Shown in pieces: positions 1 through 8,609 of a stretch of 64,000 bases of DNA. Position numbers and translations under genes: made by a program. The first letter of the stretch is position 1. Each line of letters starts with the position of its first letter. The stretch spans positions 92,773 to 156,772 of the forward strand of contig CBDUJY010000006.1 in assembly GCA_965367685.1 (NCBI GenBank), written 5' to 3'. This stretch comes from an uncultured Planktotalea sp. GTDB lineage: Bacteria > Pseudomonadota > Alphaproteobacteria > Rhodobacterales > Rhodobacteraceae. The notes under the pieces are model-generated. The model worked only from the letters and a program-made list of their open reading frames with translations, did not search any database and was not told the origin of the DNA.

Positions 1-1150
1 ATTTATGCACATGCGGCAGGATCACGTTTTGCTCGTGGCTGATGCGCAGATCGCTGTAACCAACCGTCTCAGCCAGATCCGCCATCACCCGCATTTGCTC
101 AGATGTGGCGTCACCCGGCGTCTCGCCATGGGCCTTGATTGAGATCGTCACAATCGCGTGCTGATCGTCGCGGTGTGTGTCCAAATTGGTGTCGGCAAAG
201 CTGCGAAAGCCCGGATCGGTGGCATAAGCGGCGTCATACGCGCCAGTGTCAGCGGATTTGAACGCTGGCTGCGGGAAACTTGCCTGAATGCGCGCGAAAT
301 GGTCCTGATCCACACCGGAAAACAGCGGGCGGGTCTGGGCGAATTTCGCATCCACCAGCGCGCGGATTTTCTCAATCCCGTTTTCCATCGTGGTGATCTT
401 AATGCGCGCTTTGTATTTGTTGTCGCGGCGCCCCAGCACGTTGTAAACGGCCACAATCGCTTCGAGATAGGGCAGCAAATCCGCCCGTGGCAAAAAGTCA
501 TTCAGCACCTGACCCACAACAGGGGTGCGCCCCAGACCACCACCCACGATGATCTGATAGCCCACTTCGCCGCCCCGCGTCACAATGCGGATGCCCACAT
601 CATGCGCTTTGGTCACGGCGCGATCTTCTGGCGATCCGGTCACGGCCAGCTTGAACTTGCGTGGCAGGAACTGAAATTCCGGATGGTCGGTGGACCACTG
701 GCGGATCAGTTCAGCCGTGGGGCGCGGGTCTTCAATCTCATCCGCGGCGGCCCCGGCGAAATGATCCGCCGTCACGTTGCGAATGGTGTTGCCCGAGGTT
801 TGGATCGCGTGCATTTGCACATCCGCCAACGCATCCAACATATCCGGAATATCCGACAGGGCCGGCCAGTTGTATTGGATGTTCTGACGGGTGGTGAAAT
901 GGCCATACCCCTTGTCGAACTTATCCGCCAGATACGCCAACTGGCGCATCTGATCCGGGTTCACCGACCCATAAGGGATCGCCACGCGCAGCATATAAGC
1001 ATGCAATTGCAGATACACGCCGTTCATAAGGCGCAGCGGTTTGAACTCATCTTCCGTCAGCGCACCAGAAACGCGGCGCTCTACTTGCTTGCGGAACTGC
1101 GCGGTGCGGGTGCGCACAAAATGGTCGTCGAAATCGGCATAATCATACAT
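1..1150 (-). CDS. cysI: Sulfite reductase hemoprotein (nitrite/sulfite reductase family), N-terminal part only; the C-terminus runs off the left window edge
   Basis: My own minus-strand translation from the ATG at complement 1148-1150: MYDYADFDDHFVRTRTAQFRKQVERR..LRLMNGVYLQLHAYMLRVAIPYG..FTTRQNIQYNW..IQTSGNTIRNVT..KFKLAVTG. The frame stays open to base 1, so it is missing from the ORF track. The + ORF 158..1264 is its antisense shadow. Confidence 0.85.
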   Translation of the reverse strand, partial: MYDYADFDDHFVRTRTAQFRKQVERRVSGALTEDEFKPLRLMNGVYLQLHAYMLRVAIPYGSVNPDQMRQLAYLADKFDKGYGHFTTRQNIQYNWPALSDIPDMLDALADVQMHAIQTSGNTIRNVTADHFAGAAADEIEDPRPTAELIRQWSTDHPEFQFLPRKFKLAVTGSPEDRAVTKAHDVGIRIVTRGGEVGYQIIVGGGLGRTPVVGQVLNDFLPRADLLPYLEAIVAVYNVLGRRDNKYKARIKITTMENGIEKIRALVDAKFAQTRPLFSGVDQDHFARIQASFPQPAFKSADTGAYDAAYATDPGFRSFADTNLDTHRDDQHAIVTISIKAHGETPGDATSEQMRVMADLAETVGYSDLRISHEQNVILPHVHK

Positions 1151-1463
1151 GAGCTGGCACCTTTTGCTGGCGTTCTTGCTTTCCATGCGGGCGGTTCGAC
1201 GGGCCCTTCGCCCGGAACGCTTCGCGGAAATGGGTGGGAACCGGGCCGCGATCGCCCGCCTTAACATCCGCCAAATAGGCGCCAACCGCGATATGCGGCT
1301 GGGTTTCGGCCTCAAAAAGGCGCGCATCTGCGTCGTCCGGGGTGCTCAGCACCAATGCCATACACAACTCGCGCACCCAGCTGCCATCAACAGCGAGGTA
1401 AATTACATCGCCAGAGATCAGGTCATTTGCGGTTACGACTTTGGGTGTAAAGGGGCGCGCCAT
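1143..1463 (-). CDS. DUF2849 domain protein (small protein usually encoded just upstream of alphaproteobacterial sulfite reductase)
   Basis: Track ORF 1143..1538, trimmed to the internal start MARPFTPKVVTANDLISGDVIYL. Its stop overlaps the cysI start by 8 nt. The pairing with cysI is typical as far as I recall. Confidence 0.7.
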   Translation of the reverse strand: MARPFTPKVVTANDLISGDVIYLAVDGSWVRELCMALVLSTPDDADARLFEAETQPHIAVGAYLADVKAGDRGPVPTHFREAFRAKGPSNRPHGKQERQQKVPAHV

Positions 1464-1604
1464 GGGCCGGTCCTTTCTAGTTGCGTTCCGTGTGTATATA
1501 GGACATTTTCCTAGTAAATTGCGATTGGCTGCGGTCAATAAGGACGTTTGTTCTAATTATTTGCCCAAAGCGAACGCCCGGTTCGAAATGTAAGGAAAAT
1601 CGAA

Positions 1605-2066
1605 ATGTCTGTTCGGCTCGATGAGATCGACAAGAAAATTCTGCGCGAGCTTCAGGTGGACGCAGGCCAGTCTTTGGACGTGATTGCCCGCAAAGTCGGC
1701 TCGTCCAAGACGCCCGTGTGGAATCGTATTCGCAAAATGCGCGAAGCGGGTGTGGTCGGGCAAAACACCATGATTTTGGATGCCGAAAGCCTTGGATTTG
1801 AAGCCTGTTTCTTTGTGCTCATTCGCACATCCGAGCATGAGGCCGATTGGCAAGGCAAGTTCCTAAAGGCCCTGCAAGAACGTCCCGAAGTGATGGAGGC
1901 CCACAGGCTTGCCGGTGAAATCGACTATATCCTGAAGGTCCGCGTTGAGAACGCCCGCGCCTATGATGTGTTTTATCAGGCGCTGATTTCAGAGGTGAAG
2001 ATCTTCAACGTCACCGCGCTTTTGTCGATGGAAGAGCTGAAGTTTTCCACCGAATTGCCGATCTGA
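1605..2066 (+). CDS. Lrp/AsnC family transcriptional regulator
   Basis: 153 aa. N-terminal HTH (LDEIDKKILRELQVDAGQSLDVIARKVGSSKTPVWNRIRKM) followed by a RAM-like C-terminal domain. AAGGA RBS at 1592-1596. Divergent from the DUF2849-cysI unit. Confidence 0.9.
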   Translation: MSVRLDEIDKKILRELQVDAGQSLDVIARKVGSSKTPVWNRIRKMREAGVVGQNTMILDAESLGFEACFFVLIRTSEHEADWQGKFLKALQERPEVMEAHRLAGEIDYILKVRVENARAYDVFYQALISEVKIFNVTALLSMEELKFSTELPI

Positions 2067-2089
2067 ATTGCCGATTTGAAACGGGGCCA

Positions 2090-2197
2090 GGGGCGCTGCC
2101 CCTCGCGAGGCAAGCTCGCTCACCCCGGGATATTTAGAGAAAGAGGAAAAGAGGATGGCGCGGGCGGGCGCTCTTTTTCTTGCCATAAATATCCTCG
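2090..2197. repeat. Dispersed intergenic repeat, copy A (full length, inverted orientation)
   Basis: GC hairpin GGGGCGCTGCCCC, then arm CCCCGGGATATTTAGAGAAAGAGGAAAAGAGG, a 16-nt loop, and the inverted arm CTCTTTTTCTTGCCATAAATATCCTCG. Lies between the convergent lrp and P450 3' ends. Confidence 0.8.
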
Positions 2198-2211
2198 CCG
2201 AAGGCAAAAAG

Positions 2212-3399
2212 TCAGCGCGTCACCATCACTTTGGTCAGCCCGTGGAAATGATAGACATTGCCATATTCCGGCGGCTGGCTCAGGCGCAAGTTGGGGCAGC
2301 GGTCAAACAGGATCGGCAGCGCATTTGCCAGCTCTAACCGGGCCAGTGGGGCACCAACGCAGAAATGCACTCCAGACCCGAAGGCACTGTTTTGTTTGAT
2401 CTTTCGGGTGGGGGCAAAGCGGTTGGGATCGTCCCAATTGGCGGGGTCCCGATTGGCGGCGCCCAGCAACAGCCCGACCTCATCGCCGCGCTTGAAGGAA
2501 TGCCCAAACAGCTCCAGATCTTCGTAGGCATGGCGGGTAAACATATGCAGGGGCGGGTCAAACCGCAGGGTTTCCTCAACGGTTTGATCAATGGCATCCG
2601 GGGCCAGCGCCGCCTTGGGTGTGTCTTGTTCCAGCAGAGTTTTCACCGCGATCGCCATCGCATGCACGGTGGCCTCGTGCCCCGCGTTTAAAAGCAGAAT
2701 GCAGGTGGTGATCAGCTCATCCGTTGACAGTTTTTCCCCGCCTTCTTCGGCTTGGATCAACTGGGTGATCAGATCATCGCGCGGATCCGCCCGGCGGTCT
2801 TCGACATAGCCGCGCATGAAGGCGACAAAGGCTTCGGTGGCGGCCACGGCCTCGTCTTCGATCTCACGGGTGCGGCGGGCCTGATACATTGACACCATCG
2901 CGTTGGACCATGCCAAAAGATCATCCGCCATCGCCTCTGGCACGCCCAGAAGGCGGCAGATGATAATGACCGGAATGCGGGTGGCGAAGGCGGGCAAAAG
3001 GTCAAACTCAACCCCGGAACCCGCTGCTGGAAACCCATCAATCAATTCATGCGCGAGGACCTCGACCTCGGGGGCCAGGCCAGCAATCCGACGGGATGTG
3101 AAGGCGCGCAAGACAAGCGAGCGCAGGCGGGTATGGCGCGGGGCTTCAAGCTCTAGCATCGAATGTGCTTCTACCGCATAAAACGGTGCCAAATGCGCGG
3201 GAAACTTGCGCGGCTCGACAGGTTCGCGGCCAAAGCGGCGATCGCGCAACAGCGTGCTGACGGCGCCGTGGCTGACCGCCATCGGCATCTTGTAATCTTC
3301 CCAGAAAAACAAATCCCCACCCGCCCGCGCACGGTCATAAAAGGCATAAGGGTCTTGCACAAAATCGGGGGCGGTGGGGGATTGGATCAGAGTTTTCAT
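2212..3399 (-). CDS. Cytochrome P450
   Basis: 395 aa. Heme-binding loop FGSGVHFCVGAPLA (FxxGxHxCxG), ExxR-type region ETLRFDPP, I-helix LLNAGHEAT. Confidence 0.92.
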   Translation of the reverse strand: MKTLIQSPTAPDFVQDPYAFYDRARAGGDLFFWEDYKMPMAVSHGAVSTLLRDRRFGREPVEPRKFPAHLAPFYAVEAHSMLELEAPRHTRLRSLVLRAFTSRRIAGLAPEVEVLAHELIDGFPAAGSGVEFDLLPAFATRIPVIIICRLLGVPEAMADDLLAWSNAMVSMYQARRTREIEDEAVAATEAFVAFMRGYVEDRRADPRDDLITQLIQAEEGGEKLSTDELITTCILLLNAGHEATVHAMAIAVKTLLEQDTPKAALAPDAIDQTVEETLRFDPPLHMFTRHAYEDLELFGHSFKRGDEVGLLLGAANRDPANWDDPNRFAPTRKIKQNSAFGSGVHFCVGAPLARLELANALPILFDRCPNLRLSQPPEYGNVYHFHGLTKVMVTR

Positions 3400-3458
3400 G
3401 CCCGCACAGTCGCCAAACCCGCTGGTCTTTGCAAGGGCGGCGTCTTAAGGTCTTGCCC

Positions 3459-5195
3459 ATGTTGCGACTTTTTCGGTTTCGTTGGTTTTTGCTTTACCTG
3501 TTGATCGCGGTGCCGATCAGCGGCGGGGTGGGCATGCTTGCGTGGCGTGATGCGCTGGATCCCTTGGCAGAACGCGCCGAAACCGATCTGGCGCTGGCCT
3601 CTGATCGGTTGCAACGGCATCTCTTTCGGTACCGCGAACTGGTGGTGGTGGCGGCCCAACACCCCGTGTTGCGCGCGGCGCTTTATACCGTGAATGACCG
3701 GCTTGGCGAACGCAGTGACGCGGTGAGTTTCCTGTCCCGGCTGACCGATATGACTGGTGCGCGGCAATTTGCATTGGTGGATACCGAAGGCCAGGTTCTG
3801 GCGCGATCAGAACAAAACGTCATCTTTGAAGCCCCGTGGACCACGGGCACATTACCGTTGGCGCGCGCGCTGAACGGCGCCTTGGGACAGGTCGGCAGCC
3901 TTGGCAAAAACGCCCGCGGGGAAACCGTGCGCCTGTTCAGTTTTGCCGCCCCCCTGCGCGCGCCTGATGGCCGGGTGATTGGCGCGGTGGTGGCCGAAAT
4001 TGACATTCGCAAATTCGAAGACGATTGGCCCAGCTCGGACGCCACGGTGTTCTTTTCCGACAAGGCCGGACAGATCCTTGTGTCGAACCGGTCCGAGCTG
4101 GTGTTGGCGGATCGCAATGCCGATGATTTCATGGGCATCCAGCAACGCACATGGCGCGGGCATCAGCTGTGGGCGGTGGATGGCGGCCCCTATGTGCCGA
4201 CGCAGGCGCTACATTTAGAACGGGATTTGCTGACGGTTGGCCTGAAGGGAGAGCTGCTTTTGGACAGTTCCCCCGCGCTCAGATCAGGGGTGCAAATCGC
4301 CATCGCCACCGCGGCGATTTTCACGCTTTTGGGGGGGGCCATCTTTGTGGTCGGCCAACGCCGCCGGGTTCTGGCCGATCTGTTGGAAATTGAGGCCGCC
4401 GCCAACGCCAAGCTCGAAGCACGGGTGGTCAAACGCACCGAGGCGCTGTCGCTGGCCAATGCGGATTTGCAAAAGGCGCAGGCGGATTTGGTGCAGGCGG
4501 GCAAGCTGTCGGCGCTGGGGCAAATGTCGGCAGGCATCAGTCACGAGTTGAACCAACCCCTGATGGCGATCCGCAGCTTTGCCGACAATGGAACCGAGTT
4601 TCTCAGCCGCGGTGCGCCCGATAAAGCCGGGGCCAATCTGAGGCGGATTTCCGAACTCGCCGGTCGGATGGACCGGATCATCAAAAACCTGCGCGCCTTT
4701 GCCCGCAACGAAAGCGAACCCCACGGAAAAGTCGATCTGGTGCAGGTGATTGATGCCGCGGTTGAGCTGACCGGCGCGCGTCTGCGGGCAGATGGCGTGA
4801 TGCTAGAATGGCAGCCCCCAAGTGGTGCGATTTACGCCATTGGCGGCGAAGTGCGCTTGGGTCAGGTCTTTGTCAATCTGATCAACAATGCGGCGGACGC
4901 CATGGCCGGACAGGATGAGAAACGCATTGATATCAATCTGATACAAGCTGAAAAGCTCACCGTGACCCTGCGCGACACTGGCCCCGGTATCGCCAACACC
5001 GATAAGATTTTCGACCCTTTCTATACCACCAAACAGGTGGGCGATGAGGGGATGGGCCTTGGCCTGTCGATCTCATACGGTTTGGTGCAAAGCTTTGGCG
5101 GCAACATCCGGGGGGTGAATGCGCCCCCTGATGCGCCAAGTGGTGCGATGTTCACGGTTGAGCTGGAATATTGGAAAAAGGATGGTGCCCAATGA
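3459..5195 (+). CDS. dctB: C4-dicarboxylate sensor histidine kinase, DctB type
   Basis: Track ORF 3429..5195 begins with TTG; I prefer the ATG at 3459 (MLRLFRFRWFLLYLL, TM helix). Periplasmic domain, second TM, H-box SHELNQPL, N/G boxes NLINNAADAM and DTGPGI..GMGLGLS. Lies upstream of dctD and dctPQM. Confidence 0.85.
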   Translation: MLRLFRFRWFLLYLLIAVPISGGVGMLAWRDALDPLAERAETDLALASDRLQRHLFRYRELVVVAAQHPVLRAALYTVNDRLGERSDAVSFLSRLTDMTGARQFALVDTEGQVLARSEQNVIFEAPWTTGTLPLARALNGALGQVGSLGKNARGETVRLFSFAAPLRAPDGRVIGAVVAEIDIRKFEDDWPSSDATVFFSDKAGQILVSNRSELVLADRNADDFMGIQQRTWRGHQLWAVDGGPYVPTQALHLERDLLTVGLKGELLLDSSPALRSGVQIAIATAAIFTLLGGAIFVVGQRRRVLADLLEIEAAANAKLEARVVKRTEALSLANADLQKAQADLVQAGKLSALGQMSAGISHELNQPLMAIRSFADNGTEFLSRGAPDKAGANLRRISELAGRMDRIIKNLRAFARNESEPHGKVDLVQVIDAAVELTGARLRADGVMLEWQPPSGAIYAIGGEVRLGQVFVNLINNAADAMAGQDEKRIDINLIQAEKLTVTLRDTGPGIANTDKIFDPFYTTKQVGDEGMGLGLSISYGLVQSFGGNIRGVNAPPDAPSGAMFTVELEYWKKDGAQ

Positions 5196-6457
5196 GTGAC
5201 GGCAAACCCACACAGGTGCTGTTGGTGGATGACGACGCGATGGTGCGCGAGGCGTTGGGCCAGACGCTGGATCTTGCGGGTTATCACCCCACGTTGGCGG
5301 GCAGTTATATCGAGGCCAAAGACCACCTGTCTGAGGCGTTCGCGGGCGTCGTGGTCAGCGACATTCGCATGCCCGGAAAAGATGGGTTTCAACTGTTGGA
5401 ACACGCGCAAAAACTGGACGCTGAGCTTCCGGTGATCTTGCTGACAGGCGAGGGTGACATCCCCATGGCCGTGCGCGGCATGAATGCGGGGGCCTTTGAT
5501 TTTCTGGAAAAACCCTGTGACACCACGGCGTTTTTGGCGGTGATTGACCGCGCGATGGAAACGCGGCGGTTGGTGTTGGAAAATCGTGCGCTCAAACGCG
5601 ATGCGCAAAAGGGCGATGCGGCCTCTCGGTTGCTGTTTGGTGAAAGCACACAGGCCGAGGATCTGCGCGCGCGGGTGCGCTCTGTGGCTGCGACCCAAGC
5701 CGAAGTTCTGATCTGTGGCGAGCCGGGGTCCGGCACCGCAAAAGTGGCCGAAGTGGTGCATCTTTTGTCGGGTGTGGCGATGCGCCCGTTTGTGAAACTG
5801 CCTGCTGCTGGTCTAACGTCCGAGGCGCTGAGTGCCGCGTTTGACCGTGCCGAAGGCGGCACATTGTTCTTGGATGAAATCGCCGCCCTTGACGCCTCAA
5901 CCCAGTATACCTTGTTGGATTTGCTAGAGAAATACGGAAGCGCGCGGGTGGTTGTCGGCACCTACCGCGACCTTGCGGGCGAAGTGGAGGTGGGGCGGTT
6001 TAACCCCGACCTCTTTTACAAACTCGACGTTCTGCGCGTGCGCATCCCGGCCATTCGCGAGCGCAAAGATGACATCCCGGTGCTGTTTCGCCATTACGTG
6101 TCGATCGCCAGCGAACAGGCGGCCCTGACCCCGCCCGAGATCAGCCAAGAGGTGATCGGACAGCTGATGGCGCAAGACTGGCCCGGCAATGCGCGCGCGC
6201 TGATGAACACCGCGATGCGCTTTGCGATGGGGCTGGATATTGGGGGGCTGGGGCTTGGCGATATTGAAGAAGGGGACGAGGCGCGCCCGGGCCTTGCCCA
6301 ACAGCTTGCCCAGGTTGAACGCTCGCTTTTGATCGAAGCGCTGCGCCGCCATGCGGGTGGGGCGACGGCCACAGCCAAAGAGCTAAAACTCCCACGCAAG
6401 ACGTTTTACGACAAACTCGCGCGGCATGGGATTAAGGCGGAGGATTATCGGGGGTGA
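5192..6457 (+). CDS. dctD: DctD-like response regulator (receiver + degenerate AAA+ + Fis-type HTH)
   Basis: Start MSDGKPTQVLLVDDD overlaps the dctB stop (ATGA). Receiver motifs are present (DIRMPGKDG). The central domain has GEPGSGTAK and GGTLFLDEI but no ESELFGHxxGAFTGA segment. C-terminal HTH TAKELKLPRKTFYDKLARHGI. Confidence 0.85.
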   Translation: MSDGKPTQVLLVDDDAMVREALGQTLDLAGYHPTLAGSYIEAKDHLSEAFAGVVVSDIRMPGKDGFQLLEHAQKLDAELPVILLTGEGDIPMAVRGMNAGAFDFLEKPCDTTAFLAVIDRAMETRRLVLENRALKRDAQKGDAASRLLFGESTQAEDLRARVRSVAATQAEVLICGEPGSGTAKVAEVVHLLSGVAMRPFVKLPAAGLTSEALSAAFDRAEGGTLFLDEIAALDASTQYTLLDLLEKYGSARVVVGTYRDLAGEVEVGRFNPDLFYKLDVLRVRIPAIRERKDDIPVLFRHYVSIASEQAALTPPEISQEVIGQLMAQDWPGNARALMNTAMRFAMGLDIGGLGLGDIEEGDEARPGLAQQLAQVERSLLIEALRRHAGGATATAKELKLPRKTFYDKLARHGIKAEDYRG

Positions 6458-6576
6458 GTGGGGCCACCGATATTTCCCTCGCAATGCAGGTGCGTTTTCT
6501 GTCGGGTTCTTCCGGTGATTTTCCCTGAAGTGCCGAATCATCCTAACTGATTCGTCTTATCACCAAATCCCTCACC

Positions 6577-6594
6577 TGTGCGGAAATCCGCACA
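6577..6594. promoter_or_regulatory. Perfect 18-bp palindrome TGTGCGGAAATCCGCACA, candidate DctD upstream activating site 1
   Basis: Read directly from the sequence. Lies in the dctD-dctP intergenic region, about 215 nt upstream of the dctP ATG. Confidence 0.6.
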
Positions 6595-6608
6595 ACTCGT
6601 CTATTCCC

Positions 6609-6626
6609 TGTGCGGAAATCCACTCA
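6609..6626. promoter_or_regulatory. Second, half-degenerate copy TGTGCGGAAATCCACTCA, candidate DctD site 2
   Basis: The left half is identical to site 1. Start-to-start spacing is 32 bp, about three helical turns. Confidence 0.5.
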
Positions 6627-6809
6627 CCTGCTGTTTTTTGATCACCGGTGCCGCAAAAATGGGCAGGTCAAGTCTTTGAAAGAAAATCTTAAATCTCCCA
6701 GATATCGCTAACAAAAACTTGCCCCTTGGTCAGCCCGCCGCCCCATGGCCCAATAGCACCAACATCCGTTTCGGGATGTGGGAAGATATTCTGTCTGGGA
6801 GGACACCAC

Positions 6810-7811
6810 ATGAAATTCCTTACGATGGCCGCATCTGCGCTGGCCCTGACCGTTTCCATGAACGCCGCAACCGCCGCCTGTGATGACGGCGAGATTGTGA
6901 TCAAGTTCAGCCACGTGACCAACGCCGACAAGCACCCCAAAGGGATTGCCGCCAGCCTGCTGTCCGAGCGTGTGAACGCCGAGATGAACGGCAAGGCGTG
7001 TATGGAAGTGTACCCAAACTCGACGCTTTATAATGACAACCAAGTGCTCGAGGCGATGCTGCAGGGCGACGTTCAGATGGCCGCGCCAAGCCTGTCGAAA
7101 TTCGAAGCCTTCACCAAGAAATTCCGCATTTTTGATCTGCCGTTCATGTTCAAAAACATGGATGCTGTGGATGCGTTCCAACAGTCGGAAACTGGTCAGG
7201 CGATGAAAGAAAGCATGACCCGTCGCGGTCTGTTGGGGCTGGCGTTCTGGCACAATGGTCTGAAACAGTTTTCCGCCAACAAACCGCTTGAGCTGCCCAC
7301 GGATGCGGCTGGCCTGAAATTCCGGGTGCAAACCTCGGACGTGCTGGTGGCACAGATGGAAGCAATTGGGGCAAGCCCACAGCCAATGGCGTTTTCCGAA
7401 GTCTACGGTGCGCTGCAAACCGGCGTTGTGGATGGTCAGGAAAACACCTGGTCAAACATCTATGGCAAGAAGTTCTTTGAGGTTCAGGACGGCGTGACCG
7501 AGACCAACCACGGGCTGCTGGATTATCTGGTTGTGACCAATGTGGACTGGTGGGAAGGCCTGCCCGCAGATGTGCGTGACCAGCTGGCCAGCATCATGAA
7601 TGAAGTCACATCGTTCCGCAACGGCGAAGCCTTCGCTGTGAACGAGGCCTCTAAGCAATCGGTCATGGATGCAGGCAGCACCGTGCGCCAGCTGACCGCC
7701 GAACAGCGCGCCGCATGGGTGGCCGCGATGAAACCGGTTTGGTCAAAATTTGAAGGCGACGTGGGTGCTGAAAACATCGAAACGGCGCAAAAAATCAACG
7801 AGATGCACTAA
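6810..7811 (+). CDS. dctP: TRAP transporter substrate-binding protein, DctP family
   Basis: Track ORF 6726..7811 trimmed to MKFLTMAASALALTVSMNAATAA (signal peptide) with a GGGAGG RBS at 6797-6802. Followed by dctQ and dctM. Confidence 0.92.
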   Translation: MKFLTMAASALALTVSMNAATAACDDGEIVIKFSHVTNADKHPKGIAASLLSERVNAEMNGKACMEVYPNSTLYNDNQVLEAMLQGDVQMAAPSLSKFEAFTKKFRIFDLPFMFKNMDAVDAFQQSETGQAMKESMTRRGLLGLAFWHNGLKQFSANKPLELPTDAAGLKFRVQTSDVLVAQMEAIGASPQPMAFSEVYGALQTGVVDGQENTWSNIYGKKFFEVQDGVTETNHGLLDYLVVTNVDWWEGLPADVRDQLASIMNEVTSFRNGEAFAVNEASKQSVMDAGSTVRQLTAEQRAAWVAAMKPVWSKFEGDVGAENIETAQKINEMH

Positions 7812-7925
7812 GCATCCCGTCTGGGGCCTGCCACATGCGGGCCCCGGACACACCTGAATTTCCGACAAAATTCCTGCAATGAAATTGCACCCCGCCGCAT
7901 CAGGCGCCGTAAGGGGAGGGGACAG

Positions 7926-8606
7926 ATGAACCAATCATCCACACAAAAACACGGGTTCGAAGAGACGGCGATTGCGCTGTTATTGGGCCTGATGACCATG
8001 ATCACCTTTGCAAATGTTGTGCTGCGGTATGTGTTCAACAGCTCGATCATCTGGGGGCTAGAGGTCACGTTGATCCTGTTTGCCTGGCTGGTCCTGCTGG
8101 GCGTGAGCTACGGCGTGAAAATCACCGCCCATCTTGGGGTGGACGCGCTGACCAACATCATGTCACCGGGCCTGCGCAGGGGGGTGGCCCTGACGGCGGG
8201 TGCGGTTTGCATCATCTATTCCTTCCTGCTTTTGAAAGGTGCGTGGGATTACTGGGCGCCTTATGCAGAACTGAGCCGCACCTCTGGTCGCTGGTTCCCC
8301 ACCGGGTTTGAACAGACCCGCGGGCAAAGCTTTTACATCACCGATCAGGTGCCGATGCCGGGGGTCCTGCGCTTTTTGGAAGACTGGATCAACTACGGTG
8401 AGACCTATGACAAGCTGCCGCGTGTGGTGCCTTATACCATCCTGCCCGTGGGCATCGCGCTTTTGCTGTTCCGCTTTGTGCAGGCCACGATCCGCATCTG
8501 GACCGGCGCGCAAGACAGCCTGATCGTCAGCCACGAAGTGGAAGATGAGATCGAACAGCTGCAAGCCGACCACACCGACACCGAACATACAAAATCAGGG
8601 ACCTGA
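7926..8606 (+). CDS. dctQ: TRAP transporter small permease, DctQ family
   Basis: 226 aa with four hydrophobic helices, positioned between dctP and dctM. RBS AAGGGGAGGGG. Confidence 0.88.
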   Translation: MNQSSTQKHGFEETAIALLLGLMTMITFANVVLRYVFNSSIIWGLEVTLILFAWLVLLGVSYGVKITAHLGVDALTNIMSPGLRRGVALTAGAVCIIYSFLLLKGAWDYWAPYAELSRTSGRWFPTGFEQTRGQSFYITDQVPMPGVLRFLEDWINYGETYDKLPRVVPYTILPVGIALLLFRFVQATIRIWTGAQDSLIVSHEVEDEIEQLQADHTDTEHTKSGT

Positions 8607-8609
8607 CCC

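Noticed and set aside
158-1264. 368-aa ORF on the + strand
   Set aside because: The translation is Arg/His/Gly-rich and low-complexity-like with no recognisable motif. The opposite strand encodes a clean sulfite-reductase sequence. This is a typical antisense shadow ORF in GC-rich DNA.
6627-6809. Sigma-54 (-24 TGGCAC / -12 TTGC) promoter for dctP
   Set aside because: No GG-N10-GC element with correct spacing was found by eye. This is consistent with the GAFTGA-less DctD, but a matrix scan is required.
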